Positions 1 through 12,080 of a DNA stretch of 64,000 nucleotides are shown one piece after another. The stretch comes from Gordius albopunctatus (taxonomy: Eukaryota). The DNA lies in the NCBI GenBank assembly GCA_964276515.1, contig OZ193909.1, forward strand, positions 11,780,001 to 11,844,000, read 5' to 3'. A model generated the notes under the pieces. The model was given only the letters and a program-made list of their open reading frames with translations, was not told the origin of the DNA and did no database searches. Both the position numbers and the translations under genes were made by a program. Numbering within the stretch: the first letter of the stretch is position 1; each line of letters opens with the position of its first letter.

Positions 1-294
1 ATATGGCTCCCCCAAACGGGGTCACCACTTTCGAAAATGAGGTGATGTAGAATAATGTAATAATTTCTTTATTGTATAATATAAATTAAATCGTTGGAAG
101 AAAAGTAAGTGCTATAAAAAGAGTTTTAAACTCCTTTTATATACTCGTGAATTAATTGAATAAATCAATAAGTTTAGTGGTGTCTCCACGAGGTATAAAT
201 AAATCAATTACGCGAGGTATAAACAATTAAATTTAGTGTTGAGGTGTTTGTGATTGGTCAATTAACGTGGCGAGGTAATGGACGCAACGCTACA
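1..294 (-). mobile_element. 5' end of an LTR retrotransposon: LTR 46-294 plus tRNA-Trp-type PBS; the internal region runs off the window start
   Basis: 46-294 is bounded by the inverted termini TGTAG...CTACA. On the minus strand TGGTGACCCCG (27-17) is complementary to the 3' end of tRNA-Trp. The LTR abuts the truncated ADK coding sequence at 295. Confidence 0.7.
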
Positions 295-751
295 ATATCA
301 CCAAACTTATCTCTTCCAATTAAAACCATAAAAGTAGTAACCATTGGACTTTCTAGGATCCATTAACCATATAGTAGATTTTGAAATATAATACCTGCAT
401 AATCTTAAGTGAATTTTGTACTGAACCACCTGGTGCATATTCTGTATCGAGCTCACATATTTTCTTATTTTTCTTCTGCCAAAATTGCATTATCTTTTTC
501 TAGGTGGTATCTAAAATTAAGATGGAAAATAGGATATAATATAAGACATAAAAATAATAATAAAAAAATATCAATTTGTGCAAATACAATAAAAATAAAT
601 CTTTACTTCTTTAAAGGGTCATTATTAGTGTGCGATAAAATATCTAAAAGCGGATTACCCATTCCCAATATTATTCCTTTCCTTTACAGATATATGTACA
701 CACTGCAAAAAATTACTTCAAAGTCATTTGATTTTCCTTTTGCTGCACCAT
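295..751 (-). pseudogene. ADK: Adenosine kinase, 5' exons, disrupted (exons ~751-717, 681-607, 510-395, 362-295)
   Basis: Spliced translation gives MVQQKENQMTLK-KGIILGMGNPLLDILSHTNNDPLKK-YHLEKDNAILAEEK*...ELDTEYAPGGSVQNSLKIMQ-WILESPMVTTFMVLIGRDKFGDI, matching the ADK motifs GMGNPLLDI, NAILAEEK, GGS.QNS and G.DKFG. Defects: a stop and frameshift after AEEK, a third intron ending AA instead of AG, and truncation by the LTR. Confidence 0.85.
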
Positions 752-1021
752 GTTTCAATATTATATTGTGCTCATATCAATTAAATTTAAGGTGTCAAAA
801 TCGAAAAAAACCTTGAAAACACATACGGTACACGTCAGAGTGACGTAGACAGCTCTACGCCCTTCATTGTCTGAACTGTAATTTCATTCGAATGAGGGTA
901 TTAAAAGGCGTGTGATCTTTTCATATATCTGTTTGGCTTATTTTAATTCCAAGTGCTCTTTTATATAGTTTGGCTTCTTAAATACATATATTGGGTTTTA
1001 ACTCGTACCTATTCAATTCCA

Positions 1022-2215
1022 AATCTTCTTCTTGCTATGACTGTTTGTCACCTAGGCTGGTGGTCAGTCCTTTCAGCATTAGTTTCCATTTATCTCTGTA
1101 TTTACATAGATCTTTCTTTAACGTATAAATTTTCATATTTTGCGTAATTTTATGGATCCACATAAGCTTGGGTCTTCCTCTCTTTCATTATCCTGTGAAA
1201 TTTATACTCTAATTTTCTTTCCGATGTAGCTATCGTCCCTTCTCTCTACATGGCCATGCCACTTAAGTCTGTTTGTTAGGAGCTTTGTCTTAATGGATGT
1301 GGTACCCACTTTTATTTACTCCTAGCACACATCTTAGCATTCTCATCTACATAATCGCAAGGCGCTGCTCTTCCTTTTACATATAATGATTCGGAGCTAT
1401 ACAGGACTGTTGGCTTTATGATGGACCTATAAAGTGCACCTTTTAGTCTTCTTGGGATGCTTTTGTCACGCAGAACGCCTGTTAAGTCTCTCCATTTCAT
1501 CCGATTGAAGTGTTGATTTTAAATATTTGAAGGAATCCACTCTTGTAAGTTGTCAATCGCCTAAAGTAAGGCATGCACATTGCTGATTTCTATCTGATTT
1601 AAGCTGTGTCTTCATGCAATCTATTTTCTTTCGACATAGACCACATTTCTTCTATTGAATTTAACCATCTATTTACACTATTAGCCAATTCTTGTTCACT
1701 TTTGCCACAGAGGATCATATCGTCTGCGAAGATTATTGCCCAAGGAGCTTCCTCGCCCAAATCATTAGTAATAATATTCACTATCATTATGAATAGGAAG
1801 AAACAAAGAGCTGATCCTTAAAGGAATACAGTGTTAATGGCAAAACCTTTTGTAGTCCACACTGTTGTTCTAACGTATGTTCTATTTCCCTTGTACATAT
1901 CTTTTATTGCTCTGACGTATAATTCTGGCACATTGTTTTCTTTAAGACATTTCCACACTAAAGTACGAGGGACTTTATCAAACGTTTTCTCTACATCGAT
2001 GAAACACATGTGCGAATTCTCCTCCATTTCTCTGAACCGTTACATTAATCTTCTAACACTGTTCAGGGCATCTGCTGTAGACCTCTCCGGCATAAATTCG
2101 AATTGGTTTTATCGAATTTGTACTAAACTCCGAAGACGTTTTTCGATAACTATTTCCCACAACTTGAAAGTGTGCCTCATAAGCTTTATCCTAATTAGCT
2201 TAGATTCTCAACAAA
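1022..2215 (-). mobile_element. Degenerate 5'-truncated RTE-clade LINE
   Basis: Fragmented ORFs carry HMCFIDVEKTFDKVPR, IIFADDMILC and KWRDLTGVLRDKSIPRRLKG. There is a (GAA)n tail on the minus strand at ~1022-1033. Confidence 0.85.
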
Positions 2216-2688
2216 TCTTAGTAGGATAAATTTTACTTTAGTGAATGCTGCAAACAATAATTTGGATAGAATAGCTATCTTATAATTATTTACAAATTAT
2301 TCAACGTCTATATACAATTAATTTTAAACAGAAATGAGTTGGTTCATTCACTTCAATTATGCAACCGATATAAATGTAAGATGATACAAATAATTATTAC
2401 CTCATACCTCTTTAATTTTATACATAATTATCAATAGCGTGCTAATGGTTTACTTTTGGAGCTGCTATTTCAAGAAAATTAATATAACATTTTCAATTTT
2501 TTCAATATTAAACCCCCTGAAGGGTGAACCTGTTTACTATAATTTATAAAAAATTGTGATTATGGAAATAAAACTATTGAACTACAATATGAGAGTAAAT
2601 ATAGGAATGAATTATATTAATATATTATTTGAGCTTGATTCTTAAATATTTATAATTAAAAATAGTCTATAAAAATTAGCGGTTCATA

Positions 2689-2854
2689 CATGGGCGTAGC
2701 CAGGTTTTGGATTAGGGACGGGCGAAACGTTCAAGAGTTCAATTAGGGGTGAGGGACAAAACATTATTTTTTTAATTCTTAAGGCTTTTTGCATTGAACA
2801 ATTTTTTTTTCGCCATTTAGGGGGGGGGGGGCGGCCCCCCTAGCTACGCCCATG
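2689..2854. mobile_element. hAT-type MITE (CATGGGCGTAGC TIR family)
   Basis: TIR CATGGGCGTAGC...GCTACGCCCATG with 8-bp TSD GGTTCATA/GGTTGATA. Related copies at 30205-30360, 33160-33304 and 44707-44877. Confidence 0.85.
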
Positions 2855-4765
2855 GGTTGATAGCAATTGTTATTAAATTTTAATGAATTTAAAATATCGT
2901 CTAGGGTTAATTTTAAAGCATGATTTATGTGATGAAGTTCAAACGCGTTTAGTTTATTTGTCAACGTTTATACTTTTGTTTACAATTTTTTGCTTATTCC
3001 TAAGTCCCATATGGATTCCGAGATAGTATAAAGTTTTACGCCTTATGCACTAAAATATTATTTGCAAAAATTAATAAACCGTTGCCATCAAGATCAAATT
3101 AGCACTTATGCAGAATCAACTTTAGAAGTACTTTTATCAAAAATCATAATGAGGATTAGTGATCGAAAAACCGAGACCAGAAGAGACAAGAATTTGAAAA
3201 GTTGAGTCCAGATCGAGACGAGACGAATTTTTATATTCATGATCTCGGCTTGAAACTTTCTTTGTTGTCCATCATAAGCCTATATATTAAACTTAGTTTA
3301 TATTTCTATTTCGCATGATTCACATTTAGGATGTTAAATGTATATTATTGTGATTTTTTTAATATTGTATATTTAACACACCCGTTTAGTTAATATTAAA
3401 AATATATTCGTGTAAAATTTTAATTTTAGTAATTTTCGCTTGTTTAATAAATATGAATCACCTTTAGGCCATGTTAATAATTCAATATATTTATTACATA
3501 TTATTATCCTCAGCATTATATAAACATACAAACATGAGTTCTGATAAAGTAGTAAATATTTCTAAAACATCTTCAAATTTCGCAACAAATATATCATCCT
3601 TTCTAATGTGATGATGTTTTAAATCATTAATTAAACAAAGTACCTTATAAAGTTGGCTAAAATTGCTAATTGTTTTTTTAATAGTTATCCCTTATGTATT
3701 TAAACGCTTTTTGACCTGCTGATCATTAGGAAAAATGACCACTGGCCAAATTGTGATTAGAAAATTTTTGCTTTTTTTGAATGTAAAAATTCATTTTCAT
3801 TAATTTTAATGGCATAATTGTATATATGACTACGTTACTTATAAATGCTACATTAATATAACCAATTAAAATTCTGCAAAACATATCTAAGGGTCCATTT
3901 GTATTAAATAATCAAGGCTAGAATATTTTGGCTGGGAATCAGATGTTATGGAATGATAAGTGTTAAAAAATCAAAATTAATAATCAAACAATGACGTTGC
4001 TTGGATTCGCCTTATCTCAAATTGCTATTTACTTTTGGCTTTTGTTATATTAATTTCTTACACTTATTGTTACAATTTCATATTAATCTCTTATACTTAA
4101 TTTTGCAATTTCAGATTACATAGTCATTTACTTTTTTTGACCACGATCGAGCAATGCTTTTCCTTTGGCAATGGTTTAATTATTTTAATTAGGTCCCGAG
4201 GCTGAAAAATTTGAAATCTCCTGCAAAGATAATGTAATCTTAATTAAAGATGCCAGATATCCAATTTTAATAAGCGATCTCTATCTATGTCCCAATTCAG
4301 CCATTATTAAATTAACTCTATTGCTGAGGGCTTCGAAATGAGGGATTGATTTGGGCATGAAAGGCAAAAGATAAAAAGGAAAAACATATCTCAACAAACC
4401 CCTTTAGATCCTGGTTTGGCATTTATACCCTGTTTTTATTACATACTAAACAATTTTTTATGGTAAAATGTGATGTGAGTCTATTTCGAAAAAATATCAA
4501 ACAAAACATGTGTAAAAACTGATTCCTTCGAATCGGATTCCATAATTTTAAATAGGCTAATCCGTATTTTAAGATCACTTTTTTTATTGCACTGTTTATT
4601 ACCATTCATTTCATTACTTTAGCTTCGAGAATAACTGGATTATATTAAATGAAAAAATAAAGAGCTTTTTGCGCTGTTGTACTCAATTTATATCATATTA
4701 CGAGGATTGCCATCTTTTAAATGACTTTTGCCGAAACATGATTTATAAATGGTTATCATACATTA

Positions 4766-5468
4766 GGACTTGTCTTAATATCGGATTTTGCTGCGCAGCA
4801 AAAATTGTCGTACGGGTTATAACATAGCCGTGTCTTAACTTCGAATTCACAGCAACAGATTTGCATATTAGACGCATAACATAACAGTGAATTTGTAAGG
4901 GCTTGTCTTAATATCGGATTCAGATTCAAATCGCGCGAGTTTATTTTAGTCTAAATATCCGATTCGATTTTATGGGTCAAACTCGGTTGTAATTATTAAT
5001 ATTTTGTTTTTTGATAGTTAAAAACGAACTCTTCAGATTAAATCTAAGCTTCGCTGATACCTAAAAATTTAAAAACATACAACATTTAAGCTTATGAAAT
5101 ATTTTGCAACTTACAAAATCGCTGTTATGCTATGCGTCTGACATGCAAATCTGCCGTGAATTCGAAGTTAAGACACGGCTATGTTATAACTCGTAGGACG
5201 ATTTTTGCTGCGCAGCAAAATCCGATATTAAGACAAGCGCTAAGATGCAATTATTTCCTATACTTAAATGTTGTATGTTTTTAAATTTTTAGGTATAGCA
5301 AAGTTTAGATTTAACCTCAAGGGTGGAAATAAATAAAAAGACGTTTTAGACTAAAAAAAACAAAATATTAATAATTACAACCGAGTTTAACCCATGAAAG
5401 TGAATCGGATAATTAGACAAAGATAAATTCGCGCGATTTGAATCTGAATCCGATATTAAGACAAGCCC
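4766..5468. mobile_element. PIF/Harbinger-type MITE with a second copy (4899-5240) nested inside it in opposite orientation
   Basis: The TIR GG(G/A)CTTGTCTTAATATCGGATT occurs at 4766 and 4899, and inverted copies end at 5240 and 5468. TSDs are TTA (outer) and TAA (inner). Confidence 0.8.
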
Positions 5469-5728
5469 TTAGACTGATTGAATACATACATAATACTATT
5501 TGAATAAACATAGCAATTAATACACAAATTTTCTAAATATCTTGTATTTTAAAAATCTTTCAATTTTACCCATATTACAAAATTTATTAATGCTAGTAAT
5601 ATATTATATCGTTCTTCCGTTAATACGAATGTTGAATAAAAATTAGCAACAAAGGCTAACTTAGCTACAATAGAAACTATTTACTAAATATTCAATTTTT
5701 ATTTTATAAATATTATCTATTATTTAAG

Positions 5729-8500
5729 AGGTGTTAGCGGTTGATCTAATTGTCCGCGTCCTTGCTCGTCTCGAACCCTCACGTTTACAAACTCCCCGCC
5801 ATATTTTTGCGATCTTTTACCTTTTATATAGTACCTTCATATGGGTATTCAACCTATGGCGGACATGATTAACGAAAATCGGTTAAGGTGGTATGGGCAT
5901 ATACTAAAAAGGGACCGGGATGACGTAAATCGAAAAGTGCTAGACAGGAAAATACCGGGGAAGAGAGGAAGAGGACGATCCCGTGTCACGTGGAAAAGGC
6001 AAGTCGATAAAGTTATGGAAACTAAAGAGATTAGTCAAGACATGGCACTAACCCGGTCAAGATGGAAGAGACTCATCAAAACAAACCCCACCAATGTGGG
6101 ACCAAATAATGGATAAAGAAGAAGAAGATTTTACCTCGCTTATACTTTACAAACAAAAATTTAAATTATTCGTGAGCAAAATGGTAAGATCGACCCGCGC
6201 TAACGCTTCTCATCCAAATCTTAGACTTGCCGTTGACGGAGGCGGCAAGGGAGACCTAGAATCCGAAGCAGAGCACTCGGAAGAGGAGGCCCAGCCCGGG
6301 GTTAGCGATTTATTAAATGTTATTGCAGAGCAAAACAGGATTGCGCAAAGCCAATTTAATCAGTCCCAACAAACCATAAACCAGCTAATCCAACAGCTCA
6401 GCGTCCAAAAAACCGCTCCCCCGCCGGCCATAAACATTGTGCAGCCGGAACGGACTATCATCTCCCCGGCAGAGAAAGTCCTTGACATTCTGGATAAGGT
6501 CGACAAACTAAAGGAGCTAATGGCCACATTCCCCACGAAGGTGTCCCAACGGAGGCACAGTACATGTACCTCGTCGCTGAAACGTTAAGCGAAGAATCCT
6601 CAGACACCCTTCTAAAGGAAACGCTGGCACGCCTAACGACCCTCGCAACAGCCATAAACTATAACTGGGAAACGGCTGCAAAGAACGACAAGTCTTTCGC
6701 CGAGGACTGGAACATTCCTCACTTGGAAGTCGTTCATGCCCGACGACAGTTATTTCCTGGCGCTGGCAGAGGCCTCACAAAGAGCCGCAACGTCAAAAAG
6801 GCGCCGGCCTCTGCCAGGGATAAGGCGCAGAATTAAGGCATTGGTAGGATAATGGGAAGTCGGGCCCTCGGGCTTACCGCTTCCCGACGGAGGGAATCCA
6901 TCCAGGTCTCCTCGCTGGCTCACCCAACTCATATTCCAAATTTGGGAGACGCGCCGCTGGATATTCTCTCCGTTCGAACTCCCGTCAGGGGCAACGGGGG
7001 CGATCCAACTGCCATCAAACCATTCATATTCGGAAATATTTTTTCCTGACCTAAACTTTCAACAGCGTATGATCCAGGTGGAGGCCGCCTTCGGCTGGGA
7101 TACGGGATAAGAAATGATGCCTATATTCGACCTCCACAAGTCCACTTTCCATTGGAACAAGGAGCCCAACACCGTCCCCTCCCCAAGGGACCCTTAAACA
7201 TCCACACTTCCATACTACGACCGCATCTCCTTCAATCCCCATTTACCAGGCGGGTCGCTAAAAAAGGCTTTATGCCTAGATTAGACATGCCAAGAATCCG
7301 GGCACATGGGGGCATATTTTTGATGTCCCGACGAAAAGCCATTTCACGAGGAAAACCGGAGTATTTTCAAACCATGATTGATGCAGGCATCGTGAAAGAA
7401 ACCACTAGGGAAATCGTAAAATCAGCCAATTTCTTTATTCCAAAGACTAACGGAGACGCCCGCGTTATCACGTACTTATCCCAGGTCTCCAAGAATTTCG
7501 TGCGCTATCCCATTAAGCTTGCATCTATCCCCCTGGCGTCACGAAAGCTGAGCCGAGCCCTCTATGCAGCCAAAATCGACTTAAAAGTCGCCTTCTTTAG
7601 CATTCCGATAAACGTATCGGCTCGTAAATATGCAGCATACACCTTCCGAACGAGAAAATTCCGATACAAGGTCCTCCCCATGGGGGCCTCTTGGTTACTA
7701 ACCTTTATTATTCAAGTATTCATACACCCTAATCATAAAAGTGAATACATTCAAGTATTTGAATGTCTGACAATTCAACGTTATTATTCACACAAATAAC
7801 CTCGCCAGAGGATTTGGAATCCATCTTCTCTCTGGCCGCAGAATGGGGCCTAACGATCAACGCCCAAAAGTCCTCCCTGCTCCCCGAGAGAGAGATAGAA
7901 TATTTGGGATTAAAGATTTCATTCGAGGACCACTCTATTCGATGTACGCCGCAGGTCATCACACGCTTCAAGTATGCCTCCGACATCCTTTTTTATGCGT
8001 TCACCTCTAATACTGCGCCGCCCACACAGGTCCTTCTGGAAGCACTGGGTGTACTCAGTTATTTCTGTACAACTTGACCGGTATGTCGAAATTGTTAGCC
8101 CCGTTTTATGCCTATTTATCTAACCGCTCACAACTTTTCAATATGAATACCGCATGCTTTAAACCTTTCGCAATTATTGAATCACTTAAACACCGCATCC
8201 TTTATATATTGCCCCCGACATTACAATATATACTGACGCTTCTAAGGATCATATCGGCATCTTTTGCCCGGAATAACAATTTTCGATCTCTTTCTCGGAC
8301 GCAGCGGCAGCTTCAAACTACGCGCTCCCCGATAACCCTCACATCACGCTCACAGAAACACTGGGGGCCCTATATGGTTACCTAGTGGGAAAGTAAGACA
8401 GCCACCCATTCCCACGCATCCGTACGGAGTCATCAACCGCATACTACGTTCTGATGAAGGGAGGGTCAATTCGTTTTGTTACATGCGCCTAGTTTTAATT
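5729..8500 (+). mobile_element. DIRS/Ngaro-like retrotransposon remnant (gag-like ORF 6181-6836, RT-RNase H ~7300-8400)
   Basis: This is a GC-richer island. RT motifs: AAKIDLKVAFFSIPI, YKVLPMG and EIEYLGL. RNase H-like motifs: TIYTDASKDHIG and HITLTETLGAL. There are frameshifts, and I saw no integrase or tyrosine recombinase. Boundaries are approximate. Confidence 0.6.
5839..6129 (+). mobile_element. 3' fragment of an RTE LINE
   Basis: ORF 5841-6116 has the RTE C-terminal motifs RLRWYGHILKR and GKRGRGR..TW, followed by a GAAGAAGAAGA tail. Confidence 0.85.
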
Positions 8501-10049
8501 GGTTATATTAATTTAGCCTTTTAAGGTAGTTATCTATAAAATTATGTAATCATTAAAAATTAATGAAAATAAATTTTAGCCTTTATGTAAGGGGGTGAAA
8601 TGAATGTGATATTGTTGCAAAATAGTGGATAGCTGTTTTATAACCAAAAAGGAAATTGAATAAATATATTCTAGCGTTGTTCGAAGGGTATCAAATCAAA
8701 CGACAATAATATCTATGAAAACACCAATTCTCTGATTATTTTTTCTCGACCAATCAGGATGCGCTGTGCTTTACCGTTTGTCAAACAACACTACTTTATC
8801 GCAAAAACATAAACCTGTTTTTACGAGTAATTCTCTTGAGTTTTAACTTAAATGATATAGGGGTAGGTCAAATAAAATGTGAGGTTGGAAAAAAATAAAT
8901 ACTAACACGATGGTAAAATTGCTCAAATATTATTTTTTTTATACTGATAATCCATCCTAAAAATATAAAAAATTTGCGAGATGAGAGGTGTATTTAAAAA
9001 TATTGCTTGCTAGTCGTGACCATTTTTTATTTTAATTAAAATTAAGTAATTTTCAAACTGGGTTACTTGCCCATCGCGCAGATAAAAGTTCAAAATTTAA
9101 GTTTATTTTTATTCTAATATTATTTCTTAACCATATACTCTTTAAAAATTTGCATTTGATAAAAAACAAATATCATAATATGTTCTTGTGATAATAGATT
9201 ATACCGCCATCTATAAATATTTTTGGTGAAAATGTAATTTTTAGAATTCTGGATCATCTCGTAGCCGACCCCAAACTTTTTATGGTTTAAATATGATAAT
9301 GGGTCATAAAGGAGTGCACATTGTGAAATTGCTGATTTCATATAATGGTCAAATAGGTTTTTAGGATTTTTCAATAATTTGACGACAAAAAATGAACTGC
9401 AAAAGTTTGGGGGTTTTTGTTAAATTATAGAGAATTATTTTTAGAAACAAAATGCACCAAAATTTGATTTAACAGCGCCATTACTTTCAAAAGTGTGACA
9501 TTAAGACAACTTTTTAATAATTTTATTACTTCACCCATAAAATTAGGATTTTATGATCTCCATAACTGTGTATTTATCATTATTTTTACCACTTCGCTGT
9601 TTATTATTATTTGTGCGTTATCGTTATTTACGCCTAATCTCATTACCTCATCCATGATTATTATTTTTACTACTATAAAACGAATTGTCAGTGGAAATAA
9701 AAAAGTGATAATAAATTTTGAAGTTGAATAAATTTATGCGAAAGATGTAGTAGTACGAAAAATAAAACTAATTAATATTTGCGGTAGTTCTAGAAAATAA
9801 ATACATTTAGCTAGAAATTAAATAAATAGTTTAAAGCGTATTTTTATAAATACTAAAAAAGTATGACAAAAATATTAAATCTATAAAACGCTCCCTAACG
9901 TGATTTTGGCCCTTTAAACGTCCATAACTTAAAAAGCATTGGCCCAAAATGGCTCAAATTTTCCGAAATTACTATAATACATAAGGCCTACACCCTCTCC
10001 AAAAATTATCCATATCTGAGATTGTCGGTCGAAAACTTTCGATTTGTCA

Positions 10050-12080
10050 AAGATTTTTTATAATATTTTTAGATGGATCTGCCTCAAGTACTGCTCATCA
10101 GTCACTCCAAACTTGTACTCTACCCTCTACCATCCTCACCTCCAGAATTTGTAAGTTTATATTTGAAGATTTTTATAATATAAGAGATGATGCCTGACTA
10201 AAATAATGCTCTTCAGTCGTTTCAAACTTGTACACCCTCTACCATCCTCACCCCTAAAATTTATAAGTTTATATTTGAACATTTTCATATTATTAGAGAT
10301 GGTGCCTTTGACTCAACTAATGCTCCTCAGTGACTCCTAGATTGTACTTTACCTTCTACCATCTTCACCTCTAGAATTTTTAAGTTTATATTTGTAGATT
10401 TTTATATTATTAGAGATAGTGCCTCTGACCAACTAATGATCCCTACCATCCTCACCTCTCACAACCCGTGATACCTACTAGAGGTCTGCAGGAGCCGGGC
10501 TGGCCCGCAGGCCCAAGCCCGGCCCGCGGGCTGGGCCACACCTGAAAATTAGCACTAAAAAAAGTGCGGGCCGGGCTTGGCCTTTAATAAGTGAAAAAAT
10601 TTAAATATATTAAACTCTATACTATCATTATAGTATTGACACAAATGCATTTATTATCTTGATGATAAAAAATTTATTTTTTCTAACAAAAATTTGCTAT
10701 TTAAACAGTATTATTTTGAGGGAAAATTTAATATTATATTTTTCGCTAATTTAGTAAATTAATTGAATGGATAGAAGGTCGTGTTTGTTTTTAACTTCAT
10801 TGTTTATTATTTCCCTCGCTTTCCAAATTCTTAGATTGCTTAATATTTGTTCCAAGATCTCATTGACGTTGTTTTAAGCTTTAAGGTAATTCATTAAAAA
10901 ATTCTATTTTATATTTAATTAGTTTTAGCTACACTTCTCCTACTTATTACAAACTTATAATATCAACATTGCTATTCTTGTTAAAACCATGGTAACACAA
11001 ACTTTAAATAAATTAATGCAAGAAGATCCTAGCTCTTCTTGCATCAGTCGTCCATATATGAGCAATTCAGCTCAGGTATGTAGGCAATTAGCTATTGGTT
11101 AAGTCGATATGGATATCTCCGTTTGGGAGGACGGTGAAAGAGAGCAGATTGAGGAGAGCAATGAAGTTGATACTTATGTTAAATTAAATCTTAAACCGGA
11201 AGATGATGAGCTTGATGTTATTTCATGGTGGAAAGAACAAGAACTTATCCTACCTAATTTGAAAAAGTTAGCTGTACAGTTTTTGGCAATTCCAGCCACA
11301 AGCGCTACAAGTGAACGCACGTTTAGTAAGGCAAGTCGCCTAATAGAACAGAGAAGAACAAGACTACTACCTGATAGAATAGACAGTTTATTGTTTTTAA
11401 ATGAAAATATTGAATTATAATTTTTATATGCTATAAAATATTTTTTCATACATGCAAAATTGTTTCTATACAAATAAATTTTTTTGAAAACACTGAAGCT
11501 TTTTTCTCGTGCGGGTCTGATGAGGCGCATTTTTTGTTGTTTTTTTGCAGGGCGGGTATGGGTAAAAAAATATATTTGTGTGGGTATGGGCCGGGCCTGA
11601 CACTGAAATTTCGGCCCATGCAGACCTCTGATACCTACCTTATCTTGAGGCAGAGGCACCATCTACAAACATTATAAAAAATGTTCAAATATAAAGTAAC
11701 AAATTATAGAGGTGAGGATGGTAGATGGTTAAGTACAAGTTTGGAGTGATTGAGGAGCATTAGTTGAGGCATCAACTACATATATTATAAAAAAAAATTC
11801 AAATTTAAACTTACAAATTCTAGAGGTGAGGATGGTAAATAGTAAAGTACAAGTTTGCAGTGGCTGAGGAGCATTAGTTGAGGCAGAGGCACCATTTATA
11901 TAAAAAATTTCAAATATAAGCTTACAAATTCTAGAGGTGAGGATGGTAGAGGGTAAAATACAAGTTTGGAGTGACTGAGGAGCATTAGTTGAGGCACCAT
12001 CTGCAAATATTATAAAAAATGTTCAAATATAAACTAACAAATTCTAGAGATGAGGATCGTAGATAGTAAAATACAAGTTC
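10050..12080. repeat. Foldback structure: tandem ~120-bp units (10050-10460) and their inverted copies (11645-12080)
   Basis: The unit ...CTCAACTAATGCTCCTCAGTCACTCCAAACTTGTACTTTACCCTCTACCATCCTCACCTCTAGAATTTGTAAGTTTATATTTG... repeats 3-4 times on the left and appears as the reverse complement about 4 times on the right. Confidence 0.85.
10479..11630 (+). mobile_element. Internally deleted hAT transposon retaining the hATC dimerisation domain (11109-11420)
   Basis: TIR TAGAGGTCTGCA...TGCAGACCTCTG, 8-bp TSD ATACCTAC, GGCCC subterminal repeats, and the protein motif WWK...P.L..LA...LAIPATSATSERTFSKA...RRTRL. Confidence 0.92.

Noticed and set aside
409..816. 135-aa plus-strand ORF
   Set aside because: It is the antisense shadow of the spliced ADK pseudogene and has no recognisable motifs.
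3500..4460. Possible minus-strand coding remnants
   Set aside because: There are stops in all frames and no motif I could recognise.
10050..10460. Regularly spaced repeats that could suggest a CRISPR array
   Set aside because: The whole ~120-bp unit repeats with no unique spacers, there are no cas genes, and the context is eukaryotic.
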